34,543 nt of DNA from Pseudomonadota bacterium (GCA_017555665.1 JAFZFY010000027.1:1-34543), one strand, 5' to 3'. Positions 23,530-31,404 are shown, numbered from the stretch's first letter. Numbers and translations: made by a program. Notes: a model not told the origin generated them from the sequence alone.

Positions 23530-25152
23530 TTATTCTTCGTCATCCACGCAGCCGACGCCGTCTACGCAGGAATGCTTGCAGACTTCTCTGGATTCCTGGG
23601 CAACTGTGTGAAGTTTTTTGTCCGTGTGCGGCTGACATTTGATCGAGTACGCGGCGTTTTTATAGCACCTGATCGACACCGGGTTTAGCGGATCGTCGCA
23701 CAGATTGATGTTGTTGAGGCATTGTCCCTGGTTGATGAGGCCGCGAACCGGGTCTTGATAATGCGTGATGCCGCAGGTCTCGTTTTCGTCGCTGCAGTTG
23801 AGGCGATAGACGGTAAAAGGTACCTCATTGCTATTTCTGTAGCAGTAGACGAGCGTGTTGCCGTCACAGTATTCGACGAATGTGTTGGGGATGCATTCTG
23901 CGCCCAGCTCGCTTGGCTGCGTTTCGGGCGGGACATCTGGCGTGACAACGGGCAGGCAATAGCCTGTCGTGATGCCCGAATAGCAGATGCCGTCGTTATC
24001 GAGGCAGTTGACGGAACCCTTCTGCCATGTCTGGCTCTCTTCGTCATAGAGACAGCCGTTCATGGTGTCGCCGCTGCAAGAGGACGCATCCGTTTCTTTG
24101 CAGTTTGATGGCCCTTTGCATTCGCCGGTCACGGTATGGCATCCGTTTTCGCACGGATTCGTCGACGTGATGCGCCAGATCTTGGTGCCATTGTCGTCTG
24201 CCGTGCAGGTCTGCAGGACGGAATCGTCACCGTCGCACACGCTTCTTGTTGCACCGGGGTTATCGCAGGATTCGGCACAGAGGGCTTCCGAAGTGTCGCC
24301 GGTCTGGAAGGTCACGCAGTGCTGCTCGTATTTGGCGCAGTCGCGTGATGTGTAATATCCGGAGGATTTGTCACAGATCGAGAGTATGTCGTCAACGCAT
24401 GTGTTGCTGACTTTTTCGGGATTGCAGATCGTGCCGTCTCTGTCGAGATTCTTGACGCATTTGTTCGTCTTGATGTCGCATCCGTCGGGACATGTGATCG
24501 TGACTTCGGAGTAATAGAGAACCTGATTTGAGTCATGGGCACATGTTTTGATGAGCGAGTGGTCGTCATCGATGCATTGAACAAAGGATGATTTCTCATC
24601 GCATGAAGGCTTGCAGAGGATCTGTCCGGCGCGGTTGACACAGACTTCGGCATCCGGGCATTGTTCGGCCACGACGACGTTGTCCACGCAGCTCAGCTTG
24701 ATATTGCCAGCGCATTTGAAACCGTCGGATTCTGTTTCGCAGGTGAGTCCTTCTTCAGGGGCGAGTTTGATGCAGTTGCCGTCGGCGCAGCCGTGATGAC
24801 ATGTCTGGACATTGTGGGAAGTCTGATACCATGCGCCTGCCTCGTTCTGAAGGCACGCCGTGAATACTGAGTTGTTGTTTGCATCGCAGCTGTAATCGCT
24901 GGCTTTTTCTGTCGGGCATTTGGTAAGGCATTTGGCGGACTGTGTCGATCCCTGATATTTGCACATGCCGGGATCGCATGTCTCTGTTCGGGCGATGGGA
25001 GGGCCGTCCGGCGCATTCGGATCGTTGTCGCAGTTTGTCGCGATGTCGCCGTTGCATCCAGGGGTGCATGCCGGAGCCGTGGAGTCTGAGTTGCATGCGC
25101 AGACGAGCGTCGCCCATGTGCAGATGGCTGATATCAGAAATACTTTTTTCAT
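23530..25152 (-). CDS. Cysteine-rich modular lipoprotein, unknown family
   Basis: Lipoprotein signal MKKVFLISAICTWATLVCAC. I count 57 Cys in 540 aa by hand. A five-Cys module recurs, for example C-DANNNSVFTA-C-x17-C-HHG-C-ADGN-C and C-IDDDHSLIKT-C-x16-C-PDG-C-DIKTNK-C. Confidence 0.85.
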   Translation of the reverse strand: MKKVFLISAICTWATLVCACNSDSTAPACTPGCNGDIATNCDNDPNAPDGPPIARTETCDPGMCKYQGSTQSAKCLTKCPTEKASDYSCDANNNSVFTACLQNEAGAWYQTSHNVQTCHHGCADGNCIKLAPEEGLTCETESDGFKCAGNIKLSCVDNVVVAEQCPDAEVCVNRAGQILCKPSCDEKSSFVQCIDDDHSLIKTCAHDSNQVLYYSEVTITCPDGCDIKTNKCVKNLDRDGTICNPEKVSNTCVDDILSICDKSSGYYTSRDCAKYEQHCVTFQTGDTSEALCAESCDNPGATRSVCDGDDSVLQTCTADDNGTKIWRITSTNPCENGCHTVTGECKGPSNCKETDASSCSGDTMNGCLYDEESQTWQKGSVNCLDNDGICYSGITTGYCLPVVTPDVPPETQPSELGAECIPNTFVEYCDGNTLVYCYRNSNEVPFTVYRLNCSDENETCGITHYQDPVRGLINQGQCLNNINLCDDPLNPVSIRCYKNAAYSIKCQPHTDKKLHTVAQESREVCKHSCVDGVGCVDDEE

Positions 25153-25356
25153 ATATTCTCTTAGGGATGAGGCTGGGGCAAATCTGCCCGCTGTAGCGTG
25201 TGAAATGTCTGGGGCAAATTTCTGAAAGAAATCCAGATATCTATATCATGAATCGACGGCTTGTTCAATAACGCCGTGACCGATGTGCGACATGTGGGTT
25301 ATTGCTCGTTCCATGAATTCTTTGAATGATTGTCAGATATTGTGCGCTTGCGGCAT

Positions 25357-25381
25357 AAAAAAGCCGGGCGTGATGCCCGGC
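25357..25381 (-). terminator. Rho-independent terminator of the beta-propeller gene
   Basis: Minus strand reads GCCGGGC-atcac-GCCCGGC followed by TTTTTTAT. It lies about 20 nt after the stop at 25401. Confidence 0.8.
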
Positions 25382-25400
25382 CGTTGCATCGCGAGACGCG

Positions 25401-27458
25401 TTATTTCTGTTCAAAGGCGATGGCCTGGTACTCGGTACTCGGGGCGTTGGCATCATTGATCTTCAAGCCGGCATCCGAGAGCGTGAGGATATAGGCATCC
25501 TTCGAGAAATTGGATGATCCGAAGTAAAAGCGGCTGTTGTAGGGGGTATTTTTCAGGTTGCCTGAATTGCCAAAGGATTCATGGTTGACGCGTCCCAGCA
25601 ACGAGAAGCCTTTCTTGGTATCGATGCGATAGACGGCGATGCATTCTTCTTCCTTGGCGCTTTTGTACGTGGCAGGGAAAGAGAGCAGGCCGGAGCCGGG
25701 ATGGAAATTGACGAGGTGGTGATCTTTGAGCGCGGGGATCTCGGTGAATTTCGTATCCTGGAGGAAGGCGAGGTTATGCGTGCGCACCGGATTTGAAAAA
25801 TTGCTGACATCGAATATCTGAAGCTGCGGTCCCGTCATGTTTCCGAACGTGTCGCCGTCGATGCCGAATGCGAGCAGGTGGTCGCGGTCGATCGGATGGA
25901 TATATGTGGAATAGCCGGGGATTTCGAGCGTGCCAGGATTGACCGGGTTAAACGGATCGCTCATGTCGAGCGTGTAAAGCGGATCGACCTGTCTGAAGGT
26001 CACGATATACCCTCTGTCGTCGAACATTCTGACCGCATAGACATCTTCGCCGGGCGCGATGTTGCTGATCCTGCCGATGGACTTGCTGATGTCATCCGAA
26101 AGATCGAAGATGTTGAGCGTGACACCGCTCCATGAATCCTGGCTCACGACGCGGAGGAACCCGTCATATTCGCTCATCCAGAACGGGCTGTTGATCGTTC
26201 CGATGACCTGTGTCGCGCCGACGTATTGGATGGGGCCTGCATCCTTACCGAGGCTGAACTGATGGATAGGGGTGACCTGATTGCACATTTCCCACATGCA
26301 TGCGGATTCATTTTCAAAAGAATTCTCTGCGATGAACAGGTTGTCTGTCGATGCGTAGGCGTGTGATCCGGGAGCCGAGATCGCTGCCGAGGTGAGGGCG
26401 TCGAAGTTGCTTCCCGAAAGCTCCACCGCAACAGTCAGTGTCTGCGAGGCTTGGGCGGAATAGGCGAGATAGATATCTGAGCAGCTGAACAAGGGCTTCT
26501 GGCCGTTTTCGTCCGAATACTGCGGCAGGATATGATCATTGAGCTTGTCGCCGTAATGTTCTTCGACCCAGCCTCGGATGATGGGCAGATAATCATCGAT
26601 ATATTGCCGACGTTTGTCGGAAGAGTAATTATCGCCCCAGCCGATCTCGCTGTACTCCGGGATGCCCGGAATATCCGCGAGATAATAATTGCTCAGGTCG
26701 CTGAAGATGCTTCCGGATGAGGCATTGATGACCAGGATGGCCTTGTGATTGACCATGCGTGCGGTTTCTAGCTTGCCGTCAAACGTGTGCCTTTTGAGCA
26801 GTGCAGGCGCTGCCGGGTTGTGCACGTCATACACGCGGACGTGTGTCTGCTTGAGGCCGTCGTGCATCTGGATGACATCGAGCACCAGCAGGCGCTCGCC
26901 ATCAAGGAGCAGGTTGGTGTCGAGAAGCTCGGATGTGCTGTCGATATAGGGCTCGATCGTGGCATACAGTTTCGCGCTCTTGACTGGCCAGATCCTCGAG
27001 ACCATGACCCTGTAGTTCGATACGTGATACAGGTATTTGCTGTCGTTTTTGGTCGTGTCCATCTCGTCGACATCAGATTCCTGCGTGTTTGTCGTCGTGA
27101 ATGACGGCGCGATCTGTCCCGACGGGATGGTTGCCTTGCCGGTAGCGGTCTCATCCGCGCTTATGTAAATGTCGGGAAATAAGGAACTGCTGTGATAGGT
27201 GTTGTTGTATGAGAATCTGTGGTCGGCGAGTTCGCGGGCTGCCGCATCCAGGATCGCGGACCGGTAGGTCTCGCATGACTGGCATTGTGTCAGGCCTTGC
27301 GAGTTCCTTTCGAAATCGACGGGGATCGAGGTGTAATCGCCGGGCGTGATGTAGAAGATCTCATGGTTCGAAGAGTTTGCAAAAGGGAACGGATTTTCAG
27401 TGCATCCCGATGCAGCCAGCGCCATGACGCTGAGTGCGCACAAAAACAGTTTCTTCAT
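25401..27458 (-). CDS. Beta-propeller domain-containing secreted lipoprotein (COG4880/Beta_propel-like)
   Basis: Lipoprotein signal MKKLFLCALSVMALAASGC. The family signature as I remember it is present: RGYIVTFRQVDPLYTLDMSDPFNPVNPGTLEIPGYSTYIHPID. Confidence 0.86.
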   Translation of the reverse strand: MKKLFLCALSVMALAASGCTENPFPFANSSNHEIFYITPGDYTSIPVDFERNSQGLTQCQSCETYRSAILDAAARELADHRFSYNNTYHSSSLFPDIYISADETATGKATIPSGQIAPSFTTTNTQESDVDEMDTTKNDSKYLYHVSNYRVMVSRIWPVKSAKLYATIEPYIDSTSELLDTNLLLDGERLLVLDVIQMHDGLKQTHVRVYDVHNPAAPALLKRHTFDGKLETARMVNHKAILVINASSGSIFSDLSNYYLADIPGIPEYSEIGWGDNYSSDKRRQYIDDYLPIIRGWVEEHYGDKLNDHILPQYSDENGQKPLFSCSDIYLAYSAQASQTLTVAVELSGSNFDALTSAAISAPGSHAYASTDNLFIAENSFENESACMWEMCNQVTPIHQFSLGKDAGPIQYVGATQVIGTINSPFWMSEYDGFLRVVSQDSWSGVTLNIFDLSDDISKSIGRISNIAPGEDVYAVRMFDDRGYIVTFRQVDPLYTLDMSDPFNPVNPGTLEIPGYSTYIHPIDRDHLLAFGIDGDTFGNMTGPQLQIFDVSNFSNPVRTHNLAFLQDTKFTEIPALKDHHLVNFHPGSGLLSFPATYKSAKEEECIAVYRIDTKKGFSLLGRVNHESFGNSGNLKNTPYNSRFYFGSSNFSKDAYILTLSDAGLKINDANAPSTEYQAIAFEQK

Positions 27459-27560
27459 AACAGTGCTCCAGAGCTGAGGGAATCCAACGCGATATCAATC
27501 GGCATAACTCCGGTATATTAGCACGCATGAATCTGATGTAAATACTGTGCGGTCTTTTTA

Positions 27561-27665
27561 GCGGCTATGGCTTGCGCCATACGCCGCTTTGTCGGCCTAT
27601 GCGCCTGCGGCGCATACGGCCTTTGGGACACACGCTATGCACTTGCGTGTGCATACGCGCGTGTC
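27561..27665 (+). repeat. Three back-to-back REP-like bulged hairpins (TAT/ATA-C family), canonical on plus strand
   Basis: GCGGC-TAT-GGC-ttgc-GCC-ATA-c-GCCGC (27561-27587). GGCC-TAT-GCGCC-tgc-GGCGC-ATA-c-GGCC (27594-27621). GACACaCGC-TAT-GCAC-ttgcgt-GTGC-ATA-c-GCGcGTGTC (27627-27665, one mismatch). Gaps between them are 6 and 5 nt. Confidence 0.68.
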
Positions 27666-27743
27666 ATCCCGGCTCGCGTGTCCGCGAGTTATCCCTTGGG
27701 CGCGCGTGTTCCGTGATGGCGCCGCCGCGCTGCGCTTCATGAT

Positions 27744-27830
27744 GCGGCGCTTCGGGCATCGGGGCGTGTTGCAGTCGCAGGCGTGTGCCGTGAGTATGCA
27801 CTGCGCGGCGCTTCGGGCATCGGGGCGTGT
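27744..27830 (+). repeat. Perfect 26-bp direct repeat, two copies 61 bp apart
   Basis: GCGGCGCTTCGGGCATCGGGGCGTGT occurs at 27744-27769 and 27805-27830. The second copy ends on the first base of the TPR gene stop codon. Confidence 0.9.
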
Positions 27831-28591
27831 CACCTCATCATGTCGGCGTTCTGTCGGCATCGCCTTCCGAGGTCGCTCTTTGGCGACAGGTCGGCGCATT
27901 TCCTGAAGTGCATATAGGCCGCGCTTGGATCGCCGTTGGCTTCATAGATATGGCCGAGATGCAGATGCGGTTCCGCATAGTTGGGGCAGAGTTTTACGGC
28001 TTCTTCGAGCCTCTGGATGGCCTTGTCTTCCCGCTTTTGTTGCTGGTAAAAGATGCCGAGATTGTTGTAGCCCAGGCATAGGTCCGGGCCGAGTTCGATG
28101 GCCATCTCTGTCTCATCGATGGCTTCCGCAAGCATGCCCATCTGGTAGTATGCCCATCCGAGGTTCACGAATGCCAGCCAGGGGGAAGTGTATAGCGGGG
28201 ATTTCGTCAGGTCCTTGAAAATGACGGCTGCGTCCTCGTATTGTTCCAGATGCATATAGGCGACGCCGAGATTATTTCGGCATTCGAGCATGTCCGGATT
28301 TGTCTTGAGCGCGCGCTGGAAATGCTTGACGGCTTCCTCATACTGCCCGCGGCCTAGACGGATGAAGCCCATCAGGTGGTTCGCTTCCGCATGGTCCGGG
28401 TCGGATGCAAGCACGAGGGCGAGCTGGCGGATGGCCTCCGGCGTCTTGTCGTGCTGGTAAAAATTCAATGCCATCTGGTAATCGGTATCGATCTGCTTTT
28501 CGCGTTCCGTCTGCTTCTGGCTGCTTGCGCAGGCCGCAAGGGACATCAAAAACATCGTGAGGAACAGGAGCAGGGTGAGTTTTCTGAACAT
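27830..28591 (-). CDS. TPR-repeat lipoprotein (PilW/PilF/Tgl-like size and architecture)
   Basis: The start at 28591 gives MFRKLTLLLFLTMFLMSLAAC with lipobox LAAC. Consecutive 34-aa TPR units follow, with features such as A..N.G..Y...G.Y..A...F..AL..NP. The ORF is open to 28648. Confidence 0.84.
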   Translation of the reverse strand: MFRKLTLLLFLTMFLMSLAACASSQKQTEREKQIDTDYQMALNFYQHDKTPEAIRQLALVLASDPDHAEANHLMGFIRLGRGQYEEAVKHFQRALKTNPDMLECRNNLGVAYMHLEQYEDAAVIFKDLTKSPLYTSPWLAFVNLGWAYYQMGMLAEAIDETEMAIELGPDLCLGYNNLGIFYQQQKREDKAIQRLEEAVKLCPNYAEPHLHLGHIYEANGDPSAAYMHFRKCADLSPKSDLGRRCRQNADMMR

Positions 28592-28704
28592 GCGAGCCGC
28601 CGTGTCTGAAAATCCATGGGGAATCTTGAGCCGGTTGTTCCCTGGCATGAGATGCCGGGACTGCTATTTTTATCGAACCTTGTCCCGGTGTCAAACCCTT
28701 AGTC

Positions 28705-28733
28705 TTGCCAGTATCTTTATTTTAGAGTAAAAT
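28705..28733 (+). promoter_or_regulatory. Candidate sigma70 promoter for the coiled-coil/GT2 operon
   Basis: TTGCCA (28705-28710), 17-nt spacer, TAAAAT (28728-28733), set in an AT-rich patch. Confidence 0.5.
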
Positions 28734-28814
28734 TATAAAGTTTGATGCGTGCATGTCCTGGGCGACCGGGACGCTGCGTGCGATGTGCAACACCAGCTGA
28801 TGGAGAATAAATTC

Positions 28815-29765
28815 ATGGGCGATGATGATCTTCAGTTAAGTCAGGCGTTAAGCCAGTTGTCCAACGCATCCGATATTATTGCGGATGAAGAGGTTGAAGA
28901 GGTAGCGCGAGTGCGAAAGGCACGCGCTGGCGTGACGGAACATGCCCGTCAGAGCGGCGATTGTGTCGGCAGTCTGCTTTCTGGGCTTCTCAGTGAGTCG
29001 AACGATGAGATCGAAGCCGAGAGGAACGAGAAAGAACGACGCGCGCGCGAAGCACAGGAAAAAGAACGTCGCGAACGCGAGGAGGCAGAAGAAAAGAAAC
29101 GCCGTGAGATTCAGGAAAAAATGGATGAAGAGCAACGGCTCATTGTCCAGAAAGAGCAGCGTCGCTTGAAAATGATCGCCGAACTCGAGAAAAAACGTAA
29201 AAAAGAGACCGGCGAGCTCGCAGAGGAAGAAGCGGCTAAAAAACGTGCGGAAGAAGCTGAAAAAGCCAGGATCAAGGCTGAAGAAAAAGCCCGTGAGGAG
29301 GCTGAAGCGGCAAAGATCAACAATGCCAATGAGGAACTCGCGCAGAGCATTCAGGCGCTCAAGTCCAACAAAGAGGCTGCCGCTGCCGAGGCGACTCGGA
29401 AAGCCAATATCAAAAAGGGGATCATCTGTGCCGCGATCGCGATCTTTGTCCTCGGCATCAGTGGCTTCGCGTACAAGTATTTCTCCAACCTGAAAGCACC
29501 CGATTACTATGTCCTCTGTGCGGGCAATCCCGATGCTGACAGGGCCGAGGTCAAGTGCCCGGTCGCTTATGAGATGTACACCCCCGATATGGATACCGAT
29601 CTGCCGGCTGCCGACTTTACGGATGAAATGGCGCGCCTCATGGTCACTCAGGATGCTCCCCAAACGCAGTCCAGCGGCAGAAAACATGGACCTTCCAAAC
29701 CGACAGACGTTTACGGTATCGGTTCGGCTGCCAACGTCTTTGGTACGGGCACCATCGTCAAGTAA
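28815..29765 (+). CDS. Hypothetical bitopic membrane protein with a K/E/R-rich coiled-coil N-terminal region
   Basis: GGAG lies 9 nt upstream of the ATG at 28815. The ORF is open to a GTG at 28749. A long charged helix region (ERNEKERRAREAQEKERREREEAEEKKRREIQEK...) is followed by one TM segment (GIICAAIAIFVLGISGFAY) and about 100 aa beyond it. Confidence 0.68.
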   Translation: MGDDDLQLSQALSQLSNASDIIADEEVEEVARVRKARAGVTEHARQSGDCVGSLLSGLLSESNDEIEAERNEKERRAREAQEKERREREEAEEKKRREIQEKMDEEQRLIVQKEQRRLKMIAELEKKRKKETGELAEEEAAKKRAEEAEKARIKAEEKAREEAEAAKINNANEELAQSIQALKSNKEAAAAEATRKANIKKGIICAAIAIFVLGISGFAYKYFSNLKAPDYYVLCAGNPDADRAEVKCPVAYEMYTPDMDTDLPAADFTDEMARLMVTQDAPQTQSSGRKHGPSKPTDVYGIGSAANVFGTGTIVK

Positions 29766-29779
29766 GGATCGCCTGTTTC

Positions 29780-31270
29780 ATGTCTTTTCAGTTCTTTTTT
29801 GTCCTTCTCTATTTCATCATCCTGTGCATCCTGAGCATTTATGGCGCCCACAGGTTCGTCATGGCCACGCTGTACAGGATACATCGGAAAGATATTCCGA
29901 AAGCGGACGGGCAGTTTGAAAACTTACCCCAGGTAACGATTCAGCTGCCCATGTTCAATGAGAAATACGTGATTGAGAGACTCATTGATGCCGTCTGCGG
30001 GATCCGTTATCCGAAAGAAAAACTGCAGATTCAGGTTCTGGATGATTCCACGGACGAGACTCAGGAAATCGCTAAGGCGGCTGTCGAACGCAAGGCCGCC
30101 GATGGGTTCGATATCGTCTATATCCATCGCGAGAACCGCGAGGGATACAAGGCCGGGGCACTCGAAGCGGGGCTCAAGACGGCATCGGGCGAGTTCGTGG
30201 CTGTTTTTGACGCGGATTTTCTGCCGCAGCCGGATTTCTTGGAGCGCACGATCAATTTCTTCACGAATGAAAAGATCGGCATGGTCCAGATGCGCTGGGA
30301 ACATATCAACCGTGAGTTCAGCCTTCTGACGCGTGCGCAGTCCATCCTGCTTGACGGGCATTTCGTGATCGAGCACACGGCGCGTAACCGTTCCGGGCGC
30401 TTTTTCAACTTTAACGGCACTGCCGGGATCTGGCGTAAATCGACGATCGCGGATGCCGGCGGCTGGCAACACGACACGATTACTGAAGATCTCGACCTCT
30501 CCTATCGCGCGCAGTCGAAAGGCTGGCAGTTCATCTATATCAACGAAGCGGCAACGCCTGCAGAAGTGCCGGTCGAGATGATCGCTTTCAAGACGCAGCA
30601 GCACCGCTGGGCAAAAGGCTCGATCCAGGTCGCCAAAAAAATTCTGCCAAAGCTGCTCCGAAGCCGTCTGCCGCTCAAGGTTAAGGTCGAAGCCTGGATG
30701 CATCTGACGAGCAATATCTCCTATATCCTCATGATCATCCTCTCGTTGATGATGCCGCTCACGGTCGATTTCCGCGTCCATAACGGCTGGATGACGAGCC
30801 TCTTTGTTGATCTGCTCATGTTTATCTGCGCGACGCTCTCGATCATGATGTTTTACATGCTCGCTCAGCGCGAAGCGCGCAAGCAGTCGCTCGGCACACG
30901 CCTCGCGTATCTGCCGCTCGTCATGTGCCTCGGCATCGGTCTGAGCGTCAATAACTGCCGTGCCGTGATCGAAGCGCTTGCTGGTTATAAGACCGGGTTC
31001 GTGAGAACGCCGAAATATGGCGTGAAAAAAGTCGGCGACAGCTGGAAAAATGTAAAATACGGTTTCAAGATGAACTGGCAGCCCTGGGTCGAAACGCTCA
31101 TCGGGCTTTATTTCGTGGCCGGGATCGTGCGCGCCGCTTGGGTCGGGGCGTATGCTTCGATCCCGTTCCTGTGCCTGTTCTGTGCCGGATATCTCTACGT
31201 TGGGCTAGGTACTTTCCTCGGTCGATCTGGCCTGTTCTCTAAGGCAAAGCCCGTGGATGTCGTTGCCTGA
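29780..31270 (+). CDS. Processive family-2 glycosyltransferase (cellulose-synthase-like/CslA-like beta-glycan synthase)
   Basis: N-terminal TM segment, then QVLDDSTDET, VFDADF, TEDLDLSYR and QQHRWAKG (the D, D, D, QxxRW set), then several C-terminal TM helices. The gene starts 14 nt after the upstream gene. Confidence 0.9.
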   Translation: MSFQFFFVLLYFIILCILSIYGAHRFVMATLYRIHRKDIPKADGQFENLPQVTIQLPMFNEKYVIERLIDAVCGIRYPKEKLQIQVLDDSTDETQEIAKAAVERKAADGFDIVYIHRENREGYKAGALEAGLKTASGEFVAVFDADFLPQPDFLERTINFFTNEKIGMVQMRWEHINREFSLLTRAQSILLDGHFVIEHTARNRSGRFFNFNGTAGIWRKSTIADAGGWQHDTITEDLDLSYRAQSKGWQFIYINEAATPAEVPVEMIAFKTQQHRWAKGSIQVAKKILPKLLRSRLPLKVKVEAWMHLTSNISYILMIILSLMMPLTVDFRVHNGWMTSLFVDLLMFICATLSIMMFYMLAQREARKQSLGTRLAYLPLVMCLGIGLSVNNCRAVIEALAGYKTGFVRTPKYGVKKVGDSWKNVKYGFKMNWQPWVETLIGLYFVAGIVRAAWVGAYASIPFLCLFCAGYLYVGLGTFLGRSGLFSKAKPVDVVA

Positions 31271-31280
31271 TGATCTCTAA

Positions 31281-31306
31281 AGCCGCATATCGGATGCGGC
31301 TTTTTT
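31281..31306 (+). terminator. Rho-independent terminator of the GT2 gene
   Basis: AGCCGCAT-atcgg-ATGCGGCT followed by TTTTT (T-run to 31306). It lies 10 nt after the stop. Confidence 0.85.
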
Positions 31307-31363
31307 GGGCTCTGTTCGGCGACTGTGGATATGGCTTTTCTAGTCCTTACCCGCCGTTTCGCT

Positions 31364-31404
31364 GCACCCTCTCCTGGTTGGAGAGGGTGCGCTTGCGCGC
31401 ACCC
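31364..31404. other. Two mutually exclusive strong hairpins sharing one arm
   Basis: GCACCCTCTCC-tggtt-GGAGAGGGTGC (31364-31390, 11 bp) overlaps GGGTGCGC-ttgc-GCGCACCC (31385-31404, 8 bp). The GGGTGC segment at 31385-31390 is needed by both. Confidence 0.5.

Noticed and set aside
27589-27906. 105-aa (plus) and 100-aa (minus, 27597-27899) ORFs in the long spacer between the TPR and beta-propeller genes.
   Set aside because: Arg/Ala-rich with no RBS, and built largely from the hairpin and direct-repeat DNA. A small protein cannot be strictly excluded without expression data.
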